64,000 bases of DNA. It comes from a virus. This document shows positions 30,812-41,494 of this stretch, piece after piece (the first letter of the stretch is position 1; each line of letters begins with the position of its first letter). The translations under genes were made by a program, and so were the position numbers. Below the pieces are notes generated by a model. It was not told the DNA's origin. It made no database searches and saw only the letters and a program-made list of their open reading frames with translations. The stretch covers positions 1 to 64,000 of IMG/VR virus record IMGVR_UViG_3300023174_000067; one strand, 5' to 3'.

Positions 30812-31629
30812 TATGGATTTAAATATTCATACCATTTTATGGGATTTCCGCTACCCCCTATTAATATATCAGTACCCGTATTTATATCATAAACTTTATA
30901 CGTATAATTAGTATAATCTAAAATAACTTTATAATAAAAATATCTTTCTTGATTAAAATTAAATTTATTAATACCCGTTAAATTAGCTTGTGGTCTATTC
31001 ATCATTTTCACAAAAACACCTGTTTTTGCATCGAAAAATTTGGCGGTCATGTAAAAGGTATTAATATTAATAAAATCTCTATTTTTTAACCAATAAACAA
31101 AAAACCCTTCTTTATCACCTAAAAAATCTAATTTAAATACTGGTGTTTTAATATCTCTTGTATTCCATCCAATTATTTGTGGTGTTGTTACACCTTGTTG
31201 TGTGGGTAATATTATTGTAACATAATTTGTTTGGTCCTTTTGATTTGTTGTGTCATATAAATCTAACTTAAAAAATGATTTTTTAAATGAGTTTGCATAA
31301 TAATATATTTCTTTTGGGGTAAATCCCTGCCAAGTATATGACGTAACCCAATCAACAGATGTTGATGCTGATGTAGCTCCTGATGGTAAAAAATAAAATT
31401 CATAATTAATATCTGTCAAATTAGGCGTTAATGAATTCGGATTTCTAGCATGCTCAAATCTTGCAACTTCAAAATCTTTATCTTGATTTAATACCTCTTT
31501 AACAGTTTGTTTTTCGTAGTCAATGAGACTATTACTTCTATCAAGTAAATCCCAATTAATTTCAATAGGAATATCAATATCCTTATCATTAATTGTTGGT
31601 TGTAATATTTTAAATTTATTCACAATCAT
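30811..31629 (-). CDS. Hypothetical structural protein
   Basis: 272-aa ORF overlapping both neighbours within the baseplate operon. Confidence 0.6.
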   Translation of the reverse strand: MIVNKFKILQPTINDKDIDIPIEINWDLLDRSNSLIDYEKQTVKEVLNQDKDFEVARFEHARNPNSLTPNLTDINYEFYFLPSGATSASTSVDWVTSYTWQGFTPKEIYYYANSFKKSFFKLDLYDTTNQKDQTNYVTIILPTQQGVTTPQIIGWNTRDIKTPVFKLDFLGDKEGFFVYWLKNRDFININTFYMTAKFFDAKTGVFVKMMNRPQANLTGINKFNFNQERYFYYKVILDYTNYTYKVYDINTGTDILIGGSGNPIKWYEYLNP

Positions 31630-33424
31630 CAGTTATTGGTTGAGAAATTGTTGTTGTGTTTTCAGCAATATTTCCTTCTGGAAATACTCTAAAAATAATT
31701 TTAGTTGATGGGTAATGAGAACCATTAGCAAATGGATAATCTAACCCGTATCCTTCATCATCAATAAACCCATACGTATATATATCCCTCCAAATTAGAG
31801 AATTTTTATAATTCGAATAATACGCATAATCAGGACACCCATCTATATCTTTAATACTCCCTTCTTCCAAATATGTCGAATAAATACTTAATGGTATTCT
31901 ATGGTGTGGTTGATAATAATATCCTTCAGGATTTGGTATTATATTAATTAAATTAAATGGATTTGCATTGTATATATAATCGATAACAAATAAATCATTA
32001 TTATATACGAATTTATGATATAATTCAGATATTATTCTTTCTTTCTGTTCAAATTGATTAAACTCACAATAATCTCCGTCTATAGTATCTCCACTTTTTA
32101 AACACTCATTATAGTAAAATTGAAACTGATTACCATTAAGAGTTTTTGTATAACTATTTGTAGGTATATTTGTTTTATTAACAGATTCGTTTAGTACTGA
32201 CCAATAAGGAGAAACTGTATACTCTATATTATAACTATACCCTTGTCTTAACGCAGGATATCCTGGTATTGTTGGGTTTAGTGGTTTATTAAACCAACCA
32301 AAATAACCTCTATTTATTATTGTAAAAAATAATTCGGTTATTGGTCTATTAAGATTATCTCTATATAATGAGATATCAATGTCTTTTGAAAAAGATAACA
32401 AATATGATTGACACCCTTCTTTTTTAGCTATTCTAGCAGTTGTGTCTGGAGTTAAAGAACTATATTCATATTGCCTTTTATTATTAAATATATTTTGTTC
32501 AAATCCCGCATTTGTCAATATTGAATCATCAACATTAGTTATTATTTTATTTCTTCTAACATAGTAAATTGATTTTGTTTCGGCAGAATTATTTATATCA
32601 ACGATTCTTTTAAAAGTTCCCTCAGAGGAATTAGAAAATGAATTACCCGTAAATCCATTATTAAAAATATTAAAAATAAATTTTTCAGAATTATATCCTT
32701 CATTACCCAACGAATAAACTTGGAATAATTTATTTCCATTATACCCATTCCATCCTATAATATTTAATTCAACATATTCACCTTCACTAAGATTATGTTC
32801 TACAGGACATACAAATGATATTAAACTTCTACCATTCATAGAATAAGGATTAACTATATAAAAAGGTATTCCATCACCAGATGTCCATGTTACAGTATTA
32901 TTTTGAGTTCTATAATATTGTAATGTTTTACTATAATCATTTTCAAAACCATAACTAATATACTGAGTCCAATTATACGTAGATGCACTTTTATTGAAAA
33001 ATTCGACATGTGGTGTTGTCGTACCTGAATTTACAGTATAACCAGAAACATTATTATCAACTCTTATTAAATCAAATTCAAAATATTGAGGATATCCTGA
33101 CCAATTAATACTACCAAAAGAATTTTCCGCATTAACATAATATAATATATTGGTGAACGGTGAATAATTCAAACTACCTAAACTTGTAGTCCCCGAATAT
33201 GCGTTATAAAAAATAAAATCAATTTCGGCAGTAGGCCTAAACATTGATGATGCCTGTCTCTCGTCATCAAAGACTTGCGCCAAATTTACCACGACATTTC
33301 TGTCAAACTCATCCATTTCTTTTTGAGTTCCATCCAAAGTAACATTAATCAATAAATCAGTATCTATTGACCCTTGGTATCTTTTAGACCCCAATACTAT
33401 TTGTGTATCTTTTCTATTACTCAT
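31616..33424 (-). CDS. Hypothetical structural (baseplate-region) protein
   Basis: 602 aa; EHNLSEGEYVEL resembles a small beta-barrel motif seen in tail proteins; overlaps its neighbours. Confidence 0.6.
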   Translation of the reverse strand: MSNRKDTQIVLGSKRYQGSIDTDLLINVTLDGTQKEMDEFDRNVVVNLAQVFDDERQASSMFRPTAEIDFIFYNAYSGTTSLGSLNYSPFTNILYYVNAENSFGSINWSGYPQYFEFDLIRVDNNVSGYTVNSGTTTPHVEFFNKSASTYNWTQYISYGFENDYSKTLQYYRTQNNTVTWTSGDGIPFYIVNPYSMNGRSLISFVCPVEHNLSEGEYVELNIIGWNGYNGNKLFQVYSLGNEGYNSEKFIFNIFNNGFTGNSFSNSSEGTFKRIVDINNSAETKSIYYVRRNKIITNVDDSILTNAGFEQNIFNNKRQYEYSSLTPDTTARIAKKEGCQSYLLSFSKDIDISLYRDNLNRPITELFFTIINRGYFGWFNKPLNPTIPGYPALRQGYSYNIEYTVSPYWSVLNESVNKTNIPTNSYTKTLNGNQFQFYYNECLKSGDTIDGDYCEFNQFEQKERIISELYHKFVYNNDLFVIDYIYNANPFNLINIIPNPEGYYYQPHHRIPLSIYSTYLEEGSIKDIDGCPDYAYYSNYKNSLIWRDIYTYGFIDDEGYGLDYPFANGSHYPSTKIIFRVFPEGNIAENTTTISQPITDDCE

Positions 33425-36400
33425 TTAAACCTTTTTGTCCTAAATATTTTTCAAAAAATCTGTTTAATGCGGTTTTTCCTTTGGTTAGACCAAAATAAAA
33501 ATACCACGGAGCACCACCTAACGCAGGATTATTATTCAAGGGTGGAGTTGTGTATTGATATTGACCTATGGATTCTAAGGTCGAACCATTTGTCCATATT
33601 GCAGGTAATGTTCCAGTTGCAGTAAATTGTGTACCAGTCGCATTTGAACCTGCACCCACGTTTGTAAAATCATCTCCTAAATTATAATCAATAATAGTAT
33701 ATACTCTACCCACAATTAATGTCCCACTATTAGTGACAATTGGTTGAGTTATTTGTCCAAAAATATAACCTCTATAATCCCAAGAATCACTTATTACCCC
33801 ATACGGATAAGGACTATATATTCTATCTAATAATTGATATTTAATTGCAAAAATATCTGAGGTATTTGTTGCCCAATTATTTTGTTCATTCCCAAAAATA
33901 GTGTTTGAACCATTTATATTCCATTTATAATTTGGAACTACTTGTGATTTAAATGGTTCATAATCATATCTAAATAAACCGTTGTTTGGGTTGTACCTAA
34001 TTGTTCTTCCTGGCGAAATATAATCTCTAACCCGAATATCATCTTCAGATGAATTGAAGAATATTCCCATCATTGGGTTAGATGTTCCTCCGTTTGCAAC
34101 AATAACACTTGGGTTTGGTACCGCCGATGTATAATATTCCGAATCTAACGGTACGACACCAATCTGAGTATTTATTGCGGATGTTTGTGCAAAGTCACCA
34201 TCAACTCTTTGTCCTGCTCTTGAAAATAAATTTTTGATACTACCAGTAAAGCCTGGTAAAAAATCATTCCAAAAAGACCTATTAACCATTCTAGTTACTG
34301 CAAAAAGATTAACTAAAGTGTCTTGATTATTGTAAGATGTATTAATTAATTTATCAACATTATATCCATTAAAATTACCATTTAAAGTTATCTCTTGTAA
34401 GAATGCACTTCTTGGTCCCAAATTCATTATTGTTGTTGGATATTTTAAATTTCTTTCGTTAGCACCTTTAGCTGGGTCTGAAGAGTACGGTGAACCAATA
34501 AATTGACCTTGTATTGTATATGGAGATGAACGATAATAAAAGTTATTCGATTCATACTGTAATACAACAACTTTAGCAGGATAAACTCTTTTTCTAACTT
34601 GATTAAGTTTGTTATAATATGTGTTAATTTTAAATGGAAACGCATATAAATTTCCATTTATCCAATTATTAACAAAAACTTGACTTAAAACTCCACTACA
34701 CAACGCATACATAAACTTAAATCTTGAAATATATTCTTCTAGTTGATTTATGTCTCCGTTTTGACCAAATAAACCCCAAAGAGGTCTACTAACAAATATG
34801 TAACACCCATATTCTACTTTATCATTAGCGGAACAATTAGGGTCAATATTAAAAGATAATCCATCTCCTTGGTAACAATTTAAATCTTTCATAGTATTAC
34901 AAGTGAAACTATTAAGAATATTATTATCTATACCATCAATATCTGATGGGACGCTAGTATCTACAGAAGAATTGAATGTTCCTACCGTAGAGGGTGTTCC
35001 AACAGTTTGGGTAATTCCATTAGAAACACTATAAGCATATGCATCTCTATTATTCTGTAAAATAGGACTATTATCACCTGACACTATGGTATCAGTACTT
35101 GGTAACCTATCGCACCTCATAACAATGTTATTTGGATTAGACATTGTAGTTGTTATTGTAGGATAAATAGGACTATATGTTTTCAACCCTCCATTTGAAT
35201 CCATATAGAGATAACTACCTCCAACTATAGACTCATTTAAAATATATTTAGCATCGTCTCGGCCAAAAGAAGTTAATAAATAAGTATATTTTGGTGGTGA
35301 GGATGACATACCATCAGTATAAATGGTTATATTATTTGAACTATTAGTTGTATTAATTACAAAAAATTTAACCACAATTCTATCTGTTGATAATAACGGA
35401 ACTGAAGATGTAGTATATGTTAATGCATTTTCTGAATATGTTGATGTGATATGAACCTCATTGGATTGAAATAAAAAAGTTTCATTATTAGAGATATCTT
35501 TTTTATACACTTCAAAATGAATAAACGAATCCGTTGACGTTGAAATAAGATTTAGTGTCCAAGTTCCTGCGGGAATAGTTGTTTGATTTGGCGAATTTGT
35601 CGCGGTAACATACTCACTTCCGACAGGAATATATCGTGAAATTCTACTTCCATTTGACCAAGTAATAGGATTTCCGTTATATATGAAAACAGTACCATTA
35701 TTATTGTTAGGTGCTCCTCCAGGTACAAAGTTATCACCACCATTAAACTGTACAATTTTATATTTATTACCCGCAACTAAAAGACCTCCAGTATTATATC
35801 CAGGTACAGTTTGTGTGACAAACCAAACAGTTGAATTTCTATCAGGACTTAACGTATTACTCTGTGTTGTATTTAAATAAAATATTTTACCGTCACTATT
35901 GGTACTTCCTGCACCAAGATAAAATCCGTTGTTTATTTTGGATGTCAAATCAGTTACTCCATTATTATTACCCACATTAACATAATTAATTAATGGGTCT
36001 GAAACAAATACAGGAGGAGGATTTGAAGTGATTGTATCATCTAATCTTGAATAATATCTTAAATTATTTGTGGTATATGATATGTAATTTCCAGGTGTAA
36101 AAATATAAGATGGAAAAAATACATTTTTCCCATTATTTGGTGTGTTGTTATTTGTTGCTAAACTATTTTCAAAACATATGTTATCTCCTGACGCACCCCC
36201 AATAGATGTATCTATTCCTTGTATTGGAATATTTAATCTATAGTCAGAATTAATTAGAACCGCATTTGCATTATTGTATCCAAAAATTTTCCCCAATCCG
36301 ATTTGGGTATTATATAAAGGACTGTATTGGTCAACCCCTCTTTGTAATAACACTATATATAACCCACTAGCACCCGAATTGTTAATTCCTAAACAATCTG

Positions 36401-39059
36401 AAATATTTGCCACACTTAAAATTGTTGTGTTGGTAACACTATCTGTTTTATATATATAAACCTTTCCTTTAAGTATATCGGCCAATGAACCATTCAGAGG
36501 TGACGAATTTGACTTAGAAATAAAATCTGTCATTGTCATACCTGTTATTACTTGAAAATATTCAATATCAGATTGAAATGCGTACGCCTTTACTTCCGTA
36601 AAATTATTTGGTAATGTATAAGTTGTTTGTTGATTACCTATTTTATTTAAAGGATTTGAATAATTTACAGTTATTGAACTTGGATAATTTGTGGTACCTG
36701 TAACATTTCTTGTTCCAAAAACGTTTCTTGTTCCTCCTGTGATATTTGGGTCAGTAGATTTTTTAACATCAGTAAAACTAAACAAGCTGCTGGCAGAAAA
36801 TATTGCCATGTTACCTTGTACGTTTACCACTACCGCTATGATATTATCTAAATGTGAATTCGTATTTACAGATGGATTATACTTTACAGATATTTGATTT
36901 ACACCTCCATTGTCATTATAAAATTTTCCTTTAGTGTTGAATGAGTTTATTCTTTCGGCAAAAGGTAAGTCGTTAGACCTATAACTAATAGTAGGAAATA
37001 ATTGATTTGTTGGTCTCAAATTATTTCCTGAAATAATTTGTATAATGGGGTCACTATCGTTAAGTGTAAATCCTTTAAATATGGATGGAATATTACTACC
37101 GTTATTAATCCATAATGGATAATAACTTCCAGGATTTAATTGTCCTTGATATCCAAAATTAACAAAAAATCTACCAGCTCTTGTTGAGGTTTGTGCTGGT
37201 AATGGTGTTGGTGGGGTTCCTGCGGTTCCGTTTCCATCATCATCTTCTTTTTCACAGGTACAAGTATCACAATCAGGATAGGTAATCATTGGCAATCTTA
37301 TATCTGGAAAATTATCAAATGGTTGGTTACAATCTATTCCTATTCCGCTACACAATCCATCAAAAGGACAATAACTAAGTGGCCATGGAAGACAAATATT
37401 ACATATACCACATAATATTATTGTAAAAATACCAATAACTATATTCAAAACCCAAGCCGAAACACTATACGCAATTATAATAGGATACATTAAAAATCCA
37501 ATAACCGTCATTAAAAAATTAATAATTAACCACATTAATGTTGTATGAAACACCCCATCATTAACAGGATATTTATTAGATGTATCTTCGCAAGTATCAT
37601 CATCAATTCTTTTTATTCCTATAAACCTTTCTCTAACTTTCCTTCTTTTATCTAAATCAACAAATTGTGATACCGTATACACTTTATTATAATCATATTC
37701 ATAAAAATAATCTTCACAATTTATTATACTTAAAATATCAGGATTTGTAACACTAACTTGGCTAGTTGTATAAGCAGACCAATCTAAACTAAACGCATAT
37801 GAACTTTGAGCCTCGTAATAAGGTATAGCACCTAATTGTCCACTTAATGGGTCAATATTGCCTTGATTATTACTAGTATCCCATCCCTTTTCTTTGATAT
37901 TTGGAACTAAATAATAACCCCTTTTATAATCCTCGTTGATATTTTTACTTTGTTGCCACTTTATTTTAAATCGATACTTACCTTTTGTCGGAATACCAAC
38001 ACTTGGGTCTTCAGATAAGACCAAATCACCAAATTCATTTGTGTAAACATAATCCAAATTCATTGGTATATCGAACAACCATGTTCCATCCCCATCAATT
38101 AAATGTCCTCCATTTGGTAAATTAGCCCTTTCCAATACTGGTAACCCATCTGAATCTTGATATATTGTTTGAGTAATTCCAATGATTTCTCCAGGTCCCG
38201 TAATCATTTTACATAAATCTCCTGTCGCCTTTTGAGCCCTACCATTTTGCTTCACCCCTGATTTTTCGTTTGAACTCATTAGAGAACCCATAAAAATAGC
38301 AGTTGGTTTTATGTCAATATTAGCTTCCCCTGTTAAATCAAAATCGACTCTATTAATACCAATTTGGCAAACTTCAGGTTGACCCCAAAATGGTAATATC
38401 TCTACTGTTTTACTTATGGTAATAATCTGAGGTAGCTCATTAAAATTTGATGATGCCTTAAATTTCACACCGTCAAATTGTTCTTCATTTGCAATTCCCA
38501 TTCTAATCAAATCCTGAGGAGACAATGAGAAAGGACCTATATCAGATAGGTCAACATTCATAACTAATGTTTGAGTTCCTGTTGGAACACCAAAAATTAA
38601 AAAGTCACCGCTATCATTTGTCGATACTGTAAATTTATAATACTTGTCGTATAACTCAACAACCGTTTGGTTTGTTAACGCATCTGTTCTAGTTGGAAAA
38701 GTACCTGTTGGTACATGTTCAGAATATGATGGTATATATGGTAATAGATTATACACATACCCATCTTCATTTCTTTGTTCTAAATTTTTATAAGGGTATA
38801 TTGCATTTATTACAGGATTCTCTTCATCTTCAGGTAGTATTGGTATAAAGATTGAAACTCGGGCATTTGGTATACCATATCCATTATTGGCAAAAACTCT
38901 ACCAGCGATAACCCCATAATCGGAACACATTCTAGTATAGACATCTTGTTGTCTAATTTTTAATGATAAGATTTCTAATTGTTCAAAATCTTGGTCTATT
39001 AAAACTTGAATATTTTTATCCTGACCAGGTGTTGTCCTAATTCTATACGATTGACCCAT
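33417..39059 (-). CDS. Large baseplate-associated protein with carboxypeptidase-regulatory-like Ig domain and a hydrophobic hairpin
   Basis: Likely start MGQSYRIR (ATG 39059, TATTTAT at 39084-39078) rather than 39119; GVIAGRV...GIPNARVSIF...TNDSGDFLIFGVPTG; long hydrophobic segment followed by a Cys cluster. Confidence 0.7.
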   Translation of the reverse strand: MGQSYRIRTTPGQDKNIQVLIDQDFEQLEILSLKIRQQDVYTRMCSDYGVIAGRVFANNGYGIPNARVSIFIPILPEDEENPVINAIYPYKNLEQRNEDGYVYNLLPYIPSYSEHVPTGTFPTRTDALTNQTVVELYDKYYKFTVSTNDSGDFLIFGVPTGTQTLVMNVDLSDIGPFSLSPQDLIRMGIANEEQFDGVKFKASSNFNELPQIITISKTVEILPFWGQPEVCQIGINRVDFDLTGEANIDIKPTAIFMGSLMSSNEKSGVKQNGRAQKATGDLCKMITGPGEIIGITQTIYQDSDGLPVLERANLPNGGHLIDGDGTWLFDIPMNLDYVYTNEFGDLVLSEDPSVGIPTKGKYRFKIKWQQSKNINEDYKRGYYLVPNIKEKGWDTSNNQGNIDPLSGQLGAIPYYEAQSSYAFSLDWSAYTTSQVSVTNPDILSIINCEDYFYEYDYNKVYTVSQFVDLDKRRKVRERFIGIKRIDDDTCEDTSNKYPVNDGVFHTTLMWLIINFLMTVIGFLMYPIIIAYSVSAWVLNIVIGIFTIILCGICNICLPWPLSYCPFDGLCSGIGIDCNQPFDNFPDIRLPMITYPDCDTCTCEKEDDDGNGTAGTPPTPLPAQTSTRAGRFFVNFGYQGQLNPGSYYPLWINNGSNIPSIFKGFTLNDSDPIIQIISGNNLRPTNQLFPTISYRSNDLPFAERINSFNTKGKFYNDNGGVNQISVKYNPSVNTNSHLDNIIAVVVNVQGNMAIFSASSLFSFTDVKKSTDPNITGGTRNVFGTRNVTGTTNYPSSITVNYSNPLNKIGNQQTTYTLPNNFTEVKAYAFQSDIEYFQVITGMTMTDFISKSNSSPLNGSLADILKGKVYIYKTDSVTNTTILSVANISDCLGINNSGASGLYIVLLQRGVDQYSPLYNTQIGLGKIFGYNNANAVLINSDYRLNIPIQGIDTSIGGASGDNICFENSLATNNNTPNNGKNVFFPSYIFTPGNYISYTTNNLRYYSRLDDTITSNPPPVFVSDPLINYVNVGNNNGVTDLTSKINNGFYLGAGSTNSDGKIFYLNTTQSNTLSPDRNSTVWFVTQTVPGYNTGGLLVAGNKYKIVQFNGGDNFVPGGAPNNNNGTVFIYNGNPITWSNGSRISRYIPVGSEYVTATNSPNQTTIPAGTWTLNLISTSTDSFIHFEVYKKDISNNETFLFQSNEVHITSTYSENALTYTTSSVPLLSTDRIVVKFFVINTTNSSNNITIYTDGMSSSPPKYTYLLTSFGRDDAKYILNESIVGGSYLYMDSNGGLKTYSPIYPTITTTMSNPNNIVMRCDRLPSTDTIVSGDNSPILQNNRDAYAYSVSNGITQTVGTPSTVGTFNSSVDTSVPSDIDGIDNNILNSFTCNTMKDLNCYQGDGLSFNIDPNCSANDKVEYGCYIFVSRPLWGLFGQNGDINQLEEYISRFKFMYALCSGVLSQVFVNNWINGNLYAFPFKINTYYNKLNQVRKRVYPAKVVVLQYESNNFYYRSSPYTIQGQFIGSPYSSDPAKGANERNLKYPTTIMNLGPRSAFLQEITLNGNFNGYNVDKLINTSYNNQDTLVNLFAVTRMVNRSFWNDFLPGFTGSIKNLFSRAGQRVDGDFAQTSAINTQIGVVPLDSEYYTSAVPNPSVIVANGGTSNPMMGIFFNSSEDDIRVRDYISPGRTIRYNPNNGLFRYDYEPFKSQVVPNYKWNINGSNTIFGNEQNNWATNTSDIFAIKYQLLDRIYSPYPYGVISDSWDYRGYIFGQITQPIVTNSGTLIVGRVYTIIDYNLGDDFTNVGAGSNATGTQFTATGTLPAIWTNGSTLESIGQYQYTTPPLNNNPALGGAPWYFYFGLTKGKTALNRFFEKYLGQKGLNE

Positions 39060-39077
39060 TAATAATCTCTTTAAAAG

Positions 39078-39084
39078 ATAAATA
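39078..39084 (-). promoter_or_regulatory. TATTTAT upstream motif
   Basis: ataaata on +, upstream of the ATG at 39059; a second copy at 39147-39153. Confidence 0.45.
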
Positions 39085-39158
39085 GTTGATGGTGCATTTT
39101 TGAGAGAGCGTAGATGCACGTATTATAAACATAAACGTATTATCTAATAAATAAATTA

Positions 39159-41000
39159 TTAACTAATAGATACTGTTTGGAAATTTTTAACTTTGATTCT
39201 AATATCTTTATTAGGATATCTAATTTGATATATTTGATTGGGTAATGCAAATAAAGTTCCATCAACAGGTTGAATTTCTTTGGTTGCGGAATCTTTATAC
39301 GCCATTGATGTCTCAGAAGATGAATATTGACCTCCTAAATTATTGAATACTTTTAATTCAGTTATTGATATAACACCATTTTCGGATTGTATGATTCTAT
39401 TTAATTCAGATAGATTAACATTTTGACCTAACTGTCTTGTTAATGGATTAAAATATGTGTTGATTTTATCAATAACAGAAGCAATAACCACATTTTGATT
39501 TTGACTTGAATCTAAAACAATTGATAATTCAAATCCCAAGTCTATCACTTCTGCAGTTTCAACTGAAATGTAATCATTAACCATTCTATAGTTTGACAAA
39601 TATTCCGCAATATTATTTATTAAAGTATTTGAAACTATTTGAGTTAAAGAACCTGAAGTGTCATATGATAAAATTTTAACTCTAACTTTATTATCTTCTT
39701 CAACTATTGCAACCTTTGCGGGAGCCCCAAATGTTGAAGGCATTTTTCTAATTAATGCTTCGTAGTCATTGACGGTAACCGCTCTATCTTGTGCTGCGAA
39801 ATTAAAAGAAACAAAGTTTCTTATTTCTTCTAAAGTAGGTAATCCTGCACCACCAATAGCCGCTGTTACGTTTTCGCATTTTAAAGAATTTACCACAGAA
39901 GTATTTGTGGCTTCAGAAGGTCCATTAACAAAAAATGATACTGTTCCAATCTGATTAATAACTTTAACACCTAAATTTGTTGCTAAACCACCACCTACTC
40001 TATATTGAATAAATAATGTGGTATTTGGTTTTAAAGTACTACCTAATGAGAAATTATTTAAATATGTTTGCATACTTTGAACATTAATTCCATTTCTCGC
40101 AAACTCTCTAAGTTGGTCATCTGCTGATGTATTACCACCACCAAATGTCATTTTTAAAAATCCTTGTGGTGTGTATTCAGTTATGAATCTATCATTTGTT
40201 GTTATATACTTACCAACTTTTATACCAGGCATATCTGATGGTTTTGTTGGGTCTTCAATAAAAACTTTATCTTGAACTAAAGCATCTACTTCATACCATT
40301 TACCAACAGGTGATAAAAATTCTTGAGCGGTTGGCACATTTGAATAATTAGTTCCGTCTTTTTGAATTACCGCAGTAACACCTAATACATTTTTTTCAGG
40401 TAAAAATAATTCAAAGAAGGGTCTAACATCATTAGGTGTTATTGTTTGTTTAAAAACCTTTGTTAATCCATTAACAACTAATTCTCTTTTTGTTATGGTA
40501 TAATTAACCAATACATTATTACCATTAAAGTTTGGTTTTTTAGTTCTATTTAAAAATCCTTGAGCATTATACGGTGAGTTAAAATCAATATCATTTACTG
40601 TTTCAAATATTTGACCAGCACCAACAACTTGACTACCTCTTCTCAATGTTCCTTCATATCTTTCATCATCTTTATCACCATTAGCAGGTACTGTTATTGA
40701 AAAATCAACTAAAGATACCGAAGGTCTCTGACCTGGTAATTTTAATCCGTAAGTTCTAGCGATATTAAAAATTGATGATTTCTGTTGGGCATATTGTAAT
40801 ACAGTTTCTTGAATACTTCTATCAATATGATAATGTAAATTATCTGATATTGCAGCATTTAAATCTAATAAAACCGAAAAAACTGAGGCGTCATTGAAGT
40901 TATCAATTAACTCAGGATAATAAAGTTTTGTAAAGTTTATTAATTCCGTTCTTATAGCTTGGAAATCCCTTACTGTATATGATATTCTTTTTTCTGCCAT
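39159..41000 (-). CDS. Baseplate wedge protein (T4 gp6 / baseplate J-like)
   Basis: 613 aa; RDFQAIRTELINF...DFNDAS-type N-terminus; YRVGGG; AAQDRAVTVNDYE; lies next to gp25. Confidence 0.85.
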   Translation of the reverse strand: MAEKRISYTVRDFQAIRTELINFTKLYYPELIDNFNDASVFSVLLDLNAAISDNLHYHIDRSIQETVLQYAQQKSSIFNIARTYGLKLPGQRPSVSLVDFSITVPANGDKDDERYEGTLRRGSQVVGAGQIFETVNDIDFNSPYNAQGFLNRTKKPNFNGNNVLVNYTITKRELVVNGLTKVFKQTITPNDVRPFFELFLPEKNVLGVTAVIQKDGTNYSNVPTAQEFLSPVGKWYEVDALVQDKVFIEDPTKPSDMPGIKVGKYITTNDRFITEYTPQGFLKMTFGGGNTSADDQLREFARNGINVQSMQTYLNNFSLGSTLKPNTTLFIQYRVGGGLATNLGVKVINQIGTVSFFVNGPSEATNTSVVNSLKCENVTAAIGGAGLPTLEEIRNFVSFNFAAQDRAVTVNDYEALIRKMPSTFGAPAKVAIVEEDNKVRVKILSYDTSGSLTQIVSNTLINNIAEYLSNYRMVNDYISVETAEVIDLGFELSIVLDSSQNQNVVIASVIDKINTYFNPLTRQLGQNVNLSELNRIIQSENGVISITELKVFNNLGGQYSSSETSMAYKDSATKEIQPVDGTLFALPNQIYQIRYPNKDIRIKVKNFQTVSIS

Positions 41001-41005
41001 ATAAT

Positions 41006-41476
41006 TTAAATATTAAGTATTATAAAATCTTTAGAGCCAAACGCATCTTCGGTTATTGCATAGTCAATTCTAACTACCGCAGTATATTCTTTAGTATTAG
41101 TACCTGGTACTCGATATATTCTATCATCTTTACTATCGGTTTGAGTGATATATGTAGGTTTAGTACTTTCTTCCTCATTTGTCGCAGCATTTATTGATAT
41201 ATTTGTTATTTTTAATTGAGGTAAGAATTTTTCACACGCTTCTCTAATATCTTCTTCTATATTATTAAATGTCGGACTATCTAATGGTTCAAAAATAAAC
41301 TCATATAATCTAGTCCCAAAATCAGGTAAAAAATACCTAGACCCTTTTCTTGTTAATAACAAATGTATTAAATCAGTTTTAATCTCATCATTAGCCGTTT
41401 GAGTTAATTTTAAATACTTACCTTCAGTCGAGGGAATAAAGGGGAATGCAATACCATATGTTTTACCATCTGCCAT
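41006..41476 (-). CDS. gp25/GPW-like baseplate protein
   Basis: IKTDLIHLLLTRKGSRYFLPDFGTRLYEFIFEP. Confidence 0.9.
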   Translation of the reverse strand: MADGKTYGIAFPFIPSTEGKYLKLTQTANDEIKTDLIHLLLTRKGSRYFLPDFGTRLYEFIFEPLDSPTFNNIEEDIREACEKFLPQLKITNISINAATNEEESTKPTYITQTDSKDDRIYRVPGTNTKEYTAVVRIDYAITEDAFGSKDFIILNI

Positions 41477-41480
41477 AACA

Positions 41481-41487
41481 ATAAATA
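41481..41487 (-). promoter_or_regulatory. TATTTAT upstream motif
   Basis: 4 nt before the gp25 ATG, at the replication-to-structural boundary. Confidence 0.55.
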
Positions 41488-41494
41488 TAATGTA

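Noticed and set aside
39092-39119. gtgcat...atgcac inverted repeat upstream of the large baseplate gene
   Set aside because: Only a 6-bp stem with a 16-nt loop and no T-tract; too weak to call
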